From an uncultured Gammaproteobacteria bacterium (GTDB taxonomy: Bacteria; Patescibacteriota; Patescibacteriia; UBA9934): a DNA stretch of 55,124 nucleotides. The notes beneath the pieces are model-generated. The model did not search any database. It worked only from the letters and a program-made list of their open reading frames with translations, and was not told the origin of the DNA. Below, one piece after another: positions 7,800 through 16,171 of this stretch (positions are counted from its first letter, which is position 1; every line of letters begins with the position of its first letter). The stretch is taken from the NCBI GenBank assembly GCA_964372415.1, contig CAYJQH010000005.1, positions 1 through 55,124 on the forward strand. The letters run 5' to 3'. A program made the position numbers and the translations under genes.

Positions 7800-9314
7800 T
7801 CACCGGCGCTTGGTGACCCTGGCCGCGCCTCCGAAGAGGCCGGACAGGTCGACCTTGCCCGGGTCGACTGGTGCCGCGGGTGCGGCGGGCTTCGGCGTGG
7901 GCTTGGGGGTGTTGAGACCCCAGCCCTGGCCGACGGGCGGCGAGGTGGTGTTGCCGGACATTCCGGTCCGGCCGTCCCACTCGAGGGCGAGCTCCTCCTC
8001 GATCAGCTGCACGGTGCGCAGCTGCTCGATGGTCAGCTCCTCCGGCCGGTGGACGACCGTGAACTCGTGCGGAGCGGCCGTGTAGGCCTTGCTCCACTTG
8101 AGCACGAGCTCACCGCGGCAGATCTGCCGCCAGCGCTGCGTCCCCTCGTCGGAGTACCGCGGGCGCGGGCAGTTGATCTCGTCGTGGCCGCGGCAGGTGC
8201 CGTCCGGGCGGATCACCCAGCCGTCACCGGCACCGGTCGCGCCGCCGCGCCGCTTCCAGATCTCCACGTTTCCGGGGAGACCCAGGGCGACCGCGTCAGC
8301 CTCGAGTGCCGCCTGGCGGGCGTCGGCTTCCGCCTTGGCCTTGGCCTCGGCCACGGCCTTCTCCTTCTCCGCGACTCTGGCCTCGAACTTGGCCACGCCG
8401 TCCTCGGAGTAGGCGTCGCCGTAGTAGTCGCCGGGGAGCCGCACGGACTCCTCGCCGAACTCGACCGTGAGGCCGAGCGCGTCCGTCCGGGGCTTGAGGG
8501 CCTCGAACTTCGGCTGGAAGGCCTCGCGGGCGAGCTGCTTGCGCAGCTTCTCCGCGGCCTTTCCCTCGGCGTAGGTCGTCGCCTGCTCGACACGCGCGAC
8601 GTGCTCCTCGGTGTAGAGGTGGGTATCCCACCCCCACTTGAAGGAGACGTCACCGAGCTCCGCCGGCTTCTCGCCGATGGCGGAGAGTCGCGCGTTCACG
8701 GCCTCGAGCCGGGCGCCGAGCCCGGCCGCCTTGGCGGCGCGGCTCGCGTTCTCGGCCTCAGCCTTCTCGCGCGCTTCGCGTTCGGCCTTGGCGTCGCGCA
8801 TCTTCTTGCGCTCCGCCTCCTGGCGGTTCGCGTCAGCCGCGCGCCGGCGCAGCTCGTCGCCGCTCGGCTCCTGGCGCGGGCTGGAATCGATCCAGTACGC
8901 GCTCCGGCAATGGTAGTCGCAGGCCTTGCGGAAGGCGGCCTCCACCACCGGATCGTGCTTCGGGTCGAGCGGCTTGTCCCACTCGCCGTGGCTGAAGGTG
9001 TTGAGCACCTCCACCTCGGCGGTGGCCTCGAAGCGCTCGCCGTCGACGTCCTTCACGGACGTCGACAGGATCCGCGAGATCTTCGCGGACTCCCTCTCAC
9101 CGCGCCGCACCGAGGCGGTCACGATGAGAAACCCCTTGCCCACGCCGATCAAGGCGTGGTTGCCGCAGGCGAGGTGACCCCCGCGCGGCACGTAGACCGG
9201 ACGGCGCTTTTCGCCATTCGGTCCGGCGACAAGGGTCGCCGACCCCCCGGAGGTCATACCCCCTCCGGATTCCCACATCGCGGGGAATCCCCGCTTCGTG
9301 GTCTCGATCTGCAT
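7800..9314 (-). CDS. Hypothetical 504-aa protein: globular N and C domains joined by coiled coil
   Basis: AAGGAG SD; strong GC3 bias; Gly-rich motifs WESGGGMTSGG and WKRRGGATGAGDGWVIRPDG. Confidence 0.85.
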   Translation of the reverse strand: MQIETTKRGFPAMWESGGGMTSGGSATLVAGPNGEKRRPVYVPRGGHLACGNHALIGVGKGFLIVTASVRRGERESAKISRILSTSVKDVDGERFEATAEVEVLNTFSHGEWDKPLDPKHDPVVEAAFRKACDYHCRSAYWIDSSPRQEPSGDELRRRAADANRQEAERKKMRDAKAEREAREKAEAENASRAAKAAGLGARLEAVNARLSAIGEKPAELGDVSFKWGWDTHLYTEEHVARVEQATTYAEGKAAEKLRKQLAREAFQPKFEALKPRTDALGLTVEFGEESVRLPGDYYGDAYSEDGVAKFEARVAEKEKAVAEAKAKAEADARQAALEADAVALGLPGNVEIWKRRGGATGAGDGWVIRPDGTCRGHDEINCPRPRYSDEGTQRWRQICRGELVLKWSKAYTAAPHEFTVVHRPEELTIEQLRTVQLIEEELALEWDGRTGMSGNTTSPPVGQGWGLNTPKPTPKPAAPAAPVDPGKVDLSGLFGGAARVTKRR

Positions 9315-9412
9315 CTTTATCTCCTTTGCTCGGGTTCGGTCGAATAGCCGGATGGCTTTCGGAAAAAGACCGGGTTAATAGCCAGTCTTTACCTATTCGG
9401 TGAACGTGAGCA

Positions 9413-9477
9413 CTCCACAGGACCCACGAGCTTGGAAGCTCGTAATCCCTGCTGAGGTCCCGACATGAAGTCAGGAC
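9413..9477 (-). repeat. Double-hairpin spacer element, copy E
   Basis: CTCCACAGGACCCACGAGCTTGGAAGCTCGT..TCCCTGCTGAG + GTCCCGAC-ATGAA-GTCAGGAC. Confidence 0.8.
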
Positions 9478-9522
9478 ACGTGCTTGTTGGTCACCCGGTC
9501 AAGCTCCGGGCGAGCAGTTTGG

Positions 9523-9708
9523 CTACTCGACGGTGTAGAGGCCGAAGCGGAACTTCGCCGCCGCGACCTCCTCGGCCGTGTACTCGTGCCGGCCCTCGAG
9601 CCGGGGGAGTCCGGAGACCCCCATGACGAGCAGGCGGTCGCCCTTCTTGAGGGCGACGACCGGGGCCTTCTGCGGGATCGGCACGTCGATGCCGAACCGC
9701 TCCCGCGT
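9523..9708 (-). pseudogene. 5'-truncated gene fragment, possibly DUF1874/STIV B116-like
   Basis: Manual translation TRERFGIDVPIPQKAPVVALKKGDRLLVMGVSGLPRLEGRHEYTAEEVAAAKFRFGLYTVE*; GC3 coding bias; in-frame TGA immediately upstream and no SD-linked start. Confidence 0.55.
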
Positions 9709-10377
9709 TCAACGCCCTCTAGCGGGCTGGGCGGGGACCCAGAACTCTGCAGGCGCCATCTCGTTGACGAGACGGATCCTGTGGAGCGGCCCTGAGTTTC
9801 TTGCGAAACCCAGAGCCACGGTGATCTTTCGGCGCGACCCTGTCGAGGACGATGATCAGTATCCCCGCTGACTGTGTATTTCAGTCCAACCGTTCCCGTC
9901 AGCGGAACCGTTGGTGCGTCGCTAAAGCATTGTTTCGCGGACCTCCGTTATCGACTGTTTTCGAACCAGCTCATCTTGCCCCGTCGACGGGCAGTGTGGC
10001 ACGTAGGTTGATGTTGCACCGGCCTTCACGCGTTACCGGCTTCGCGGATACCAGTTGGTTTGCAGGACTCACTCCTGCCAAACCCGTCGGTTTCTTACGG
10101 CGCATTTTTCGACTGCGCGAGTCTACCCGGTGCTTTACTTGAGGCACGTGCACCGGGAAACGCGTTCTAAGAATCTCGATTGTCGCCCATCATGGGTCGA
10201 CCTCCTCTTCGGGTAAAAACCCGTGGTTGTGATCTCTTGCACCGATTAAACGCCCGCAGGCTTTTTATCGATGTGGTGCAAGAAATCTGGTTGATGGAGC
10301 AAGCGCATCGGGCATGGGCGGCCATCGCCTGCGAGCAAAATTGCCGCAGCGAGGTCCCTTCGCGCCGATGTCACGAA

Positions 10378-10442
10378 CTCCACAGGATGCACGAGGGCGA
10401 ACTCATGCGTCCCTGTGGAATCCCCGACAGTACGTCAGGGAT
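10378..10442 (-). repeat. Double-hairpin spacer element, copy F
   Basis: CTCCACAGGATGCACGAG-GGCGAA-CTCATGCGTCCCTGTGGA + ATCCCCGAC-AGTAC-GTCAGGGAT. Confidence 0.8.
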
Positions 10443-10490
10443 AGTAGTAGACGGATCACCCGGGTCTACTGGCCGGGGGTGGCGTTGCGG

Positions 10491-11102
10491 CTACTTGGCC
10501 GCGAACGCCTCGGCGAGGGCGGCGAAGCCCTGCACGCGGCGCTCGCTGGCGCGGCGGGAGGCGGGGGCCTCCTGGCGCACCGGGGTCGGCGCGGGGGCGA
10601 CGACGGGCGTGGGCTTCGGCGCCGGCTTCGGGGGCACCGCCGCCATCCGGGCGGCCTGTGCCTGGCTGAAACCGGCCCCCTCGAGCGAGCGCTCGAGGTT
10701 CCGCCGGCCCGCGGCGCGGACCTGCTCGGCCTCGTGGGCCGCCTGCTCGAGCTGGCCCTGGGCGCGGATCGCCCGGAGCCAGGCCTTGGCGGCCGCGAGC
10801 GGCTTGAACCGCTCCTCGGCCTTGGCCTCGGCGGCGCGGAGCGCCATCCACGAGGCCTCGGCGGCCTTCTTTGACTCCACGGCCGCCTCGGCGGCGCAGT
10901 GGACGAGCTGCGGCTCGACCATGCGGTTGAGCCGGCCCTCGAAGAGGGCCTGGAGGCGGGTCGCCTCCACGGCGGCCTTGTACCAGGTCGCCGACAGCTC
11001 GGCGGCCCTGGCCTCGGCGCTGTCGAACTCGGCCCGGCGGGCCAGGACGGTCGCCTCCGCCTGGCGGAGGTTGCGTACGGTCGGGGTGGTGTCGATGGCC
11101 AT
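10491..11102 (-). CDS. Ala-rich coiled-coil hypothetical protein (203 aa)
   Basis: GGAGG SD; very high GC3; Pro-rich linker near C-terminus. Confidence 0.8.
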   Translation of the reverse strand: MAIDTTPTVRNLRQAEATVLARRAEFDSAEARAAELSATWYKAAVEATRLQALFEGRLNRMVEPQLVHCAAEAAVESKKAAEASWMALRAAEAKAEERFKPLAAAKAWLRAIRAQGQLEQAAHEAEQVRAAGRRNLERSLEGAGFSQAQAARMAAVPPKPAPKPTPVVAPAPTPVRQEAPASRRASERRVQGFAALAEAFAAK

Positions 11103-11397
11103 GGTGGCCTCCGAATTACAATTTTACGTCTTGTAATCGACGTCCCCGAAGGGAACGTGATCACCGGTCCCGATATGGGTTTGCAGGCCAGCGGACAAAT
11201 TGCCGCCAACCACCGGAGAATCGAGATCAAACTTGAGCCGTGCACCCTCACGAGTGCTTTAAGGGGCATGCAACCAAAGTTGCTTAGCCCGTTATGACCG
11301 GCCCTCCTCTGATCTGTATATGTCACAACACGAGTACTCTCTCCTCATGTTGCTCTCACTAGGGGCCTCGGCTGAGGTCCATAATGAGAGAAGTTGT

Positions 11398-11451
11398 GAA
11401 AGAAAAAGGCAGGTTTACGGATCTGTCATAAGAGAGATCGGCAAACCTGCC
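11398..11451 (-). terminator. Terminator/attenuator-like hairpin in island leader
   Basis: Minus strand GGCAGGTTTGCCGATCTCTC-TTAT-GACAGATCCGTAAACCTGCC followed by TTTTTCTTTC. Confidence 0.6.
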
Positions 11452-11546
11452 ATGCGAAGACTAGCTTCGCTGCCCGTTCACCCTGGGCTAGGGCTCTCTT
11501 GTCGGATTTGGAAGTTATCGAATTTCCAGAACTTCATCATAAAACC

Positions 11547-11575
11547 ATCATACCATAAATTCAGGAAATTGTCAA
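11547..11575 (-). promoter_or_regulatory. Sigma70-type promoter pointing into the island array
   Basis: Minus strand TTGACA-17 bp-TATGAT with extended TG. Confidence 0.8.
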
Positions 11576-11810
11576 GTAATTTAGCTATTATTAGCCTAAT
11601 TTTAGCCAAGATCGAATAAATACCCCTGATTTTCAGGGCTTTACATAATCCTTTAAAGTTAGCCAAAAAACTGTTTAACCTTAAAAGTTATTAAATATTA
11701 GCCGAAAGCTGTTAACCTCATAAAAATCGGTTAATCTTGGCCGTTGGTTGTTACCATACGGAAAACAAAAAATGGCTAAAAATAGCCAAGTGTCTAAAGT
11801 TAGCTAAATT

Positions 11811-11887
11811 TGGTGGACCTGACCGGGTTCGAACCGGTGACCTCCTGCTTGCAAAGCAGGCGCTCTAGCCAGCTGAGCTACAGGCCC
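11811..11887 (-). tRNA. tRNA-Ala(TGC)
   Basis: GGGCCTGTAGCTCAG..CCTGC-TTTGCAA-GCAGG..GGTTCGAACCC..GGTCCACCA. Confidence 0.97.
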
Positions 11888-11967
11888 AAAGGCTCGGCGA
11901 TTATAGCTGTTTTTGCCCCCAGGGTCAACGTTTGTTAGGATAATCTGGCTTCCGACTGGAGGACGAC

Positions 11968-12723
11968 GTGGAAGAAGATTGGTTCACCTGCAAAAGTGAT
12001 ATCACCCTCGAGGAGCTCATGGAGCTTCTTACGAACGGGGGAGCTCGCTTGGCTGATCCCAAGTGGCACTTCGTTGGCAATTCCGACAAGCATCTTCAGG
12101 AATTCTTCGACTTCGAGCGGATGTTCGACTTTCAGAACGCCTGGCGGTTGGCTTGGATCATTCGGGCCCTGGGGACGGCAGTGGTCAACCACGGTTTTCA
12201 TCCCACGACGTTGGTCGGTCCGGCAGAGGGCGGTAACATCCTGGCGCAGCGCTTGGCAGATCGTCTGGCCGAAACGGCGAATGAACGCGGTGGGTTGCAG
12301 GTTGTTCTGACCAAAAAGATACCGCAGAGTAAAGAGTTCTGCTTTCATAATTTTCAGGTAAACATGGTAGGAAAGCGCGTGCTGGTGATAGACGACGTCA
12401 TGACGACCGGCCTTGCTGCTCGGAATACGGTCAAGATCTGCCGCGAAGCCGGGGCCGAGGTGCTCGGGATCTTCGTGGTCATCGACCGTGAAGGCAGAAC
12501 TGCCGAGGAGCTTGGCGTGCCACAGTACGGCTACTTGGCCTCAGTGAATGCCACGAGTTACAACGTGCCCTACGGCGAGATCTGCGCCTTGTGCAAGGAG
12601 CGGATCGACATCGACGTCACGATCGGTCACGGCGCCGAGTTCGTGGCGCTCCATGGCCAGCCCTCAAGCTGGTCTCCCGAGAAGTACGCCCAGATGATGA
12701 GCGGGACCTCGCGGGCAACGTAA
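11968..12723 (+). CDS. Type I phosphoribosyltransferase (orotate PRTase-like)
   Basis: VGPAEGG, VLVIDDVMTTG PRPP loop, VIDRE, C-terminal CALCK; GGAGG SD. Confidence 0.85.
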   Translation: MEEDWFTCKSDITLEELMELLTNGGARLADPKWHFVGNSDKHLQEFFDFERMFDFQNAWRLAWIIRALGTAVVNHGFHPTTLVGPAEGGNILAQRLADRLAETANERGGLQVVLTKKIPQSKEFCFHNFQVNMVGKRVLVIDDVMTTGLAARNTVKICREAGAEVLGIFVVIDREGRTAEELGVPQYGYLASVNATSYNVPYGEICALCKERIDIDVTIGHGAEFVALHGQPSSWSPEKYAQMMSGTSRAT

Positions 12724-12753
12724 ACCCCCGACGATCGGTCGGGGGTCTTTTCT
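12723..12753. terminator. Bidirectional terminator
   Basis: ACCCCCGAC-GATCG-GTCGGGGGT + CTTTTCTTT between convergent genes. Confidence 0.7.
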
Positions 12754-13437
12754 TTAGAAAATTTTGTCCAGGCAGGCTTCTTCTTTCTCTGCCGCCTCCT
12801 CATACACCTCATCTGGGAAGCGGTAAGGCTCAAGGCCCTTGGCATAAGGGTCAGCGAGGTCAAGACTATAGAGCTCGCGAGCAATGTCGTCCTCTTCGCG
12901 ACCCAGTCGATACACCTCAGTACACGGCCCAGGCGAATCACTCCCGTCCTGAAGGAGCACCACGAGTTTCATCTGGTCAAAGGCGATGACATGAAAGTCG
13001 TAATCAGCGCCTTCGCGAATACCTTCAATGTCGCCGGCAGCGTATGTTTTTTTGTACAAACGTTCAAAGTTATAATTTGTGGTGTCGTAACGGTAAATGC
13101 TCATGAGTTGCTGGCTACTATCTTTGGGATCCGTGGCTACAGAGCCAAAGTAAAACACTCTCGGCTCGATAGGATCCTGCACAATTCCAAAACGAATATC
13201 CTGGCCGAGAGTGAGTGTCTGGATATCTTTCTCGGCGTTATTCAGATAGTCCCACTCCTCAGGCATGAGAAAGCTAAAATTAGTTGGCGGAGCTCCGTTA
13301 AAAGGGGTTTCGTCCGAGGTTCCGTTATCCCCGCCATCTGCTGCATCTTCTGAATATGGTAGGTCTGGCTTAAGAACAACAATGAGGGCGATGGCCACTG
13401 CGGCCACCCCCAAAATTAACCAAACATTCTTGTTCAT
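12754..13437 (-). CDS. Hypothetical membrane-anchored acidic protein
   Basis: N-terminal TM helix; 227 aa. Confidence 0.75.
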   Translation of the reverse strand: MNKNVWLILGVAAVAIALIVVLKPDLPYSEDAADGGDNGTSDETPFNGAPPTNFSFLMPEEWDYLNNAEKDIQTLTLGQDIRFGIVQDPIEPRVFYFGSVATDPKDSSQQLMSIYRYDTTNYNFERLYKKTYAAGDIEGIREGADYDFHVIAFDQMKLVVLLQDGSDSPGPCTEVYRLGREEDDIARELYSLDLADPYAKGLEPYRFPDEVYEEAAEKEEACLDKIF

Positions 13438-13440
13438 ACC

Positions 13441-14430
13441 TTACATTTTTATAGCGTTCGGCGGATTTTTCCCGTCCAAAAACGCCAGAATATTTTTGGC
13501 GGCCACTTCACTCATGGCCTGTCGTGCCTCAATGGTGGCACTTGCCGTGTGGGGTGTCAAAATTACATTCGGCATCTTACGTAGCTCGTACGTATCGTTT
13601 GGATCGCAATCAATCAAAGGCTCACATTCAAAAACGTCGAGCCCTGCGCCGGCTATTTCGCCGCTTGCTAGTGCTTTGACGAGTGCTTTCTCGTCAACAA
13701 TTGGCCCGCGAGCGGTGTTAATGAGGAAGGAAGTCTTTTTCATGATCTTCAGCTCCTTGGTTGAAATGTAGTGGTGGGTCGAGGCGAGGAGCGGGATATG
13801 CAAACTGACAAAATCAGCTGTTTTTAGAAGTTGTTCTTTGCTTAGGAATTTAGCACCAAACTTTTTTTCTAGTTCCTGGTTATGCTTAATGTCGGAATAA
13901 ACGATTTTTACGTCAAAGCCGTCGTGCAGACGACGGGCAATAGCGCTTCCAATAGCTCCGCCGCCCACGATGCCGAGCGTTTTGCCACTCACGTCAGTGC
14001 CGAGGAACATCTTCGGCCCCCAGCCCTTGTATTTTCCGGCTCGGGCAAAGGTGTCGGTTTCGACTATTCGGTGAGCAAGGGCAAAGATGAGGGCGATAGC
14101 GTGTTCAGCAACGGCTTCAGACACGACCGGCGATGGGGTATTAGTTACTACAATGCCACGCTTGGCAGCTTCTTTAAGATCTATATTATCGAAGCCTACG
14201 GCGTAGTTGGCGATCATTTTTAATTTCGGTCCGGCAGCGTCCATGATTTCGGCATCGATCTTGTCGGTCAGAAGTGAAAGTAAAATATCCACGCCCTTAA
14301 CACGTTTTTTTAGTTCGTTTTTAGGAATTGCAAAGTTTTTATTAAAGATGCTGATCTGATTACCTCGCCGGGCCTTTAAGAGTTTAATTCCATGATCCGG
14401 AATGTCACGAGTGACGAATATTTTTGCCAT
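13441..14430 (-). CDS. D-2-hydroxyacid dehydrogenase (D-glycerate dehydrogenase/glyoxylate reductase)
   Basis: ANYAVGFDNID, GIVGGGAIG, INTARGPIVDE, AGLDVFE, TPHTASAT. Confidence 0.95.
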   Translation of the reverse strand: MAKIFVTRDIPDHGIKLLKARRGNQISIFNKNFAIPKNELKKRVKGVDILLSLLTDKIDAEIMDAAGPKLKMIANYAVGFDNIDLKEAAKRGIVVTNTPSPVVSEAVAEHAIALIFALAHRIVETDTFARAGKYKGWGPKMFLGTDVSGKTLGIVGGGAIGSAIARRLHDGFDVKIVYSDIKHNQELEKKFGAKFLSKEQLLKTADFVSLHIPLLASTHHYISTKELKIMKKTSFLINTARGPIVDEKALVKALASGEIAGAGLDVFECEPLIDCDPNDTYELRKMPNVILTPHTASATIEARQAMSEVAAKNILAFLDGKNPPNAIKM

Positions 14431-14460
14431 AAATAAGACTCAAGGCATCTTGAGTCTCGG

Positions 14461-15183
14461 TTACTGGATAAGTGAAAAATCTAATGACCTTTTAACAATC
14501 TCCCAGGCATCGTTAGTTATTCTGTTGTCTGGATCGGTATCGGTGAAGGTGGCTCGGCTTTGCCAGACTGACGGACCTTGGTAGATGTATGACTCAAAAT
14601 CACCAGAATATAGGCCGTCGATATGTCCAGAAACGATGTACAGAGTACCATTATCAAGCGCCTCTTTGGTGATTTTTATCTCGCTGTACCACGGCTGGGA
14701 AAACTCGTAGTTTAGCATTTCTTCAAATGATTTGAATGTTTGACTAGGAATATCCTTAGCCAAGTCAAACTGCGAGGTTCTAATCATGATTGGTGTTTGA
14801 CCACCGTCACACTCAGTGCAGAAATGAATGAAATTTTCATTCAAATAGACTATGTTGCCGAACTTTTTATCGAGAATAAAATCCTGACTCAAGACCGACC
14901 AAGTACTTGGATAGGCGAAGCCTGGCCGACGATTAATGGCTGGGACGAATTGTTCAACAACTACAAGTTCGCCCTCGTCATTACAAGCGTTCGCGATCAT
15001 TTGGGCGGCCGTGGCGGCACTCGCCGAAGCTTGATTAGCACAAAGCGAAACTATTTGTTCGTTTGAAGGTTGGGTTTTATTTAAAAGAAACAGCAAACCA
15101 ACTACACCCAGGCTAGCCGCCAAAGTTAAAAATAGAAGGCTTAATATGGCGCCATGAAGGGGAGTGGAGTTTTGGCCTTGCAT
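14461..15183 (-). CDS. Hypothetical membrane-anchored protein
   Basis: ATG 15183 just after upstream stop; TM helix; FAYPSTW motif. Confidence 0.7.
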   Translation of the reverse strand: MQGQNSTPLHGAILSLLFLTLAASLGVVGLLFLLNKTQPSNEQIVSLCANQASASAATAAQMIANACNDEGELVVVEQFVPAINRRPGFAYPSTWSVLSQDFILDKKFGNIVYLNENFIHFCTECDGGQTPIMIRTSQFDLAKDIPSQTFKSFEEMLNYEFSQPWYSEIKITKEALDNGTLYIVSGHIDGLYSGDFESYIYQGPSVWQSRATFTDTDPDNRITNDAWEIVKRSLDFSLIQ

Positions 15184-15184
15184 A

Positions 15185-15358
15185 CTATTCAATTTTAATC
15201 GCTCCAATAGCTGTTTTAACCTCAGCTGCACAAGTTGCAGCCACCACGTTCTGAACTGGCGTTTGTTGCCAAAAATTATAGAGCATGACTCCGCCTGCAA
15301 TTAGGAGGCCAAGGTTCCAAACCAGGAGCATGATTATCCAAGGGTGAAAGTTTTTCAT
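15185..15358 (-). CDS. Small single-TM protein (57 aa)
   Basis: MKNFHPWIIMLLVWNLGLLIAGG..; ATGA overlap with upstream gene. Confidence 0.65.
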   Translation of the reverse strand: MKNFHPWIIMLLVWNLGLLIAGGVMLYNFWQQTPVQNVVAATCAAEVKTAIGAIKIE

Positions 15359-16065
15359 AAGGCTTCGGCGCAAAAGGTGCGCACCGTGGTTTGGGTGAGA
15401 GGAGTGCCGCGGCGGGCCTCTCCTATCCATAACACGTGTTCAAAACAGTTGTCACTAACCCACTTTACGCCATCGCTATCATAACCGTCTTTAGTGGCAT
15501 ACGGATCTGGGGTTAGCCACTCATTCGCGCCAAGTGTCCAGGAGGTAATCGCCGAGCCAAGAGTAAGGTCGTAAAGAGTGATTATTTGACTCGCGTTTTG
15601 AGCCTTGACAATGGCCACCATTTCTTGATTTGGAGATAGCGTTGCCGCGTCGCCCTCGGTATTTATGACCCAGGCTCCAAGTTTTTTGGTGGCAATTTCT
15701 AAGGGGTAGATAATGTAGTCACCTTGCTTGGCATCTTGAAGCGAACGCACATAAGCTACTCCAGCGTAATTTTCTTGAGGCACAGCGAAAAGAATAAAAT
15801 CAGAAACCGCGTCGACCAAGGAAGAGGTGTAAACGGTTTTAACGATTTCACCATTTGAACTTAGTTCGGCAATGATTATGTCGGTGTCGCGAATGATGGT
15901 TTCTAGCCGTGGCGGACGTTGACTGACAGTTTTTACCTCCGTTTTGCTGTACCCGAAATAAGGCGCAACAATACTTCTAAGTTCAATTAATAAAAAACTG
16001 CCGAGGACAACAAACAGCGCCGCGGCCCCAATAAATAACGAAAGAATAAATCCATGACGGTACAC
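15355..16065 (-). CDS. Hypothetical membrane-anchored beta-rich protein
   Basis: N-terminal TM; LSPNQEMVAIV propeller-like motif. Confidence 0.7.
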   Translation of the reverse strand: MYRHGFILSLFIGAAALFVVLGSFLLIELRSIVAPYFGYSKTEVKTVSQRPPRLETIIRDTDIIIAELSSNGEIVKTVYTSSLVDAVSDFILFAVPQENYAGVAYVRSLQDAKQGDYIIYPLEIATKKLGAWVINTEGDAATLSPNQEMVAIVKAQNASQIITLYDLTLGSAITSWTLGANEWLTPDPYATKDGYDSDGVKWVSDNCFEHVLWIGEARRGTPLTQTTVRTFCAEAL

Positions 16066-16171
16066 AGTTTTCCATTTACCAAGACTCTAGACTCTAGTGG
16101 CTCAGAAGACAGTTCTGATTTTTTCTTGGACGTCTATAGTCTAGAGTCTTGGATCTTGAGTCTCGGATCAC

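Noticed and set aside
8049..9347. Long plus-strand ORFs in GC-rich regions (also 10180-11136, 34846-35766, 45765-46490, 49912-50895)
   Set aside because: Antisense shadows of better-supported genes on the opposite strand.
10150..10187. ATIEILRTRF as the missing N-terminal part of the DUF1874-like fragment
   Set aside because: The match is too short and would overlap rather than precede the fragment's TRERF; likely chance.
6202..10442. Canonical integron attC sites or a CRISPR array
   Set aside because: No consistent RYYYAAC/GTTRRRY ends and no intI in the window; repeats are divergent with gene-sized spacers and no cas genes.
6160..11887. Prophage/ICE integrated at tRNA-Ala
   Set aside because: I found no duplicated tRNA 3' end at the left border, and no integrase, phage structural or conjugation genes.
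16081..16168. Heptamer-like repeats (AGACTCT/TAGAGTC); similar at 4727-4757 and 14436-14460
   Set aside because: Short degenerate tandem repeats common in intergenic DNA; no evidence of a specific function.
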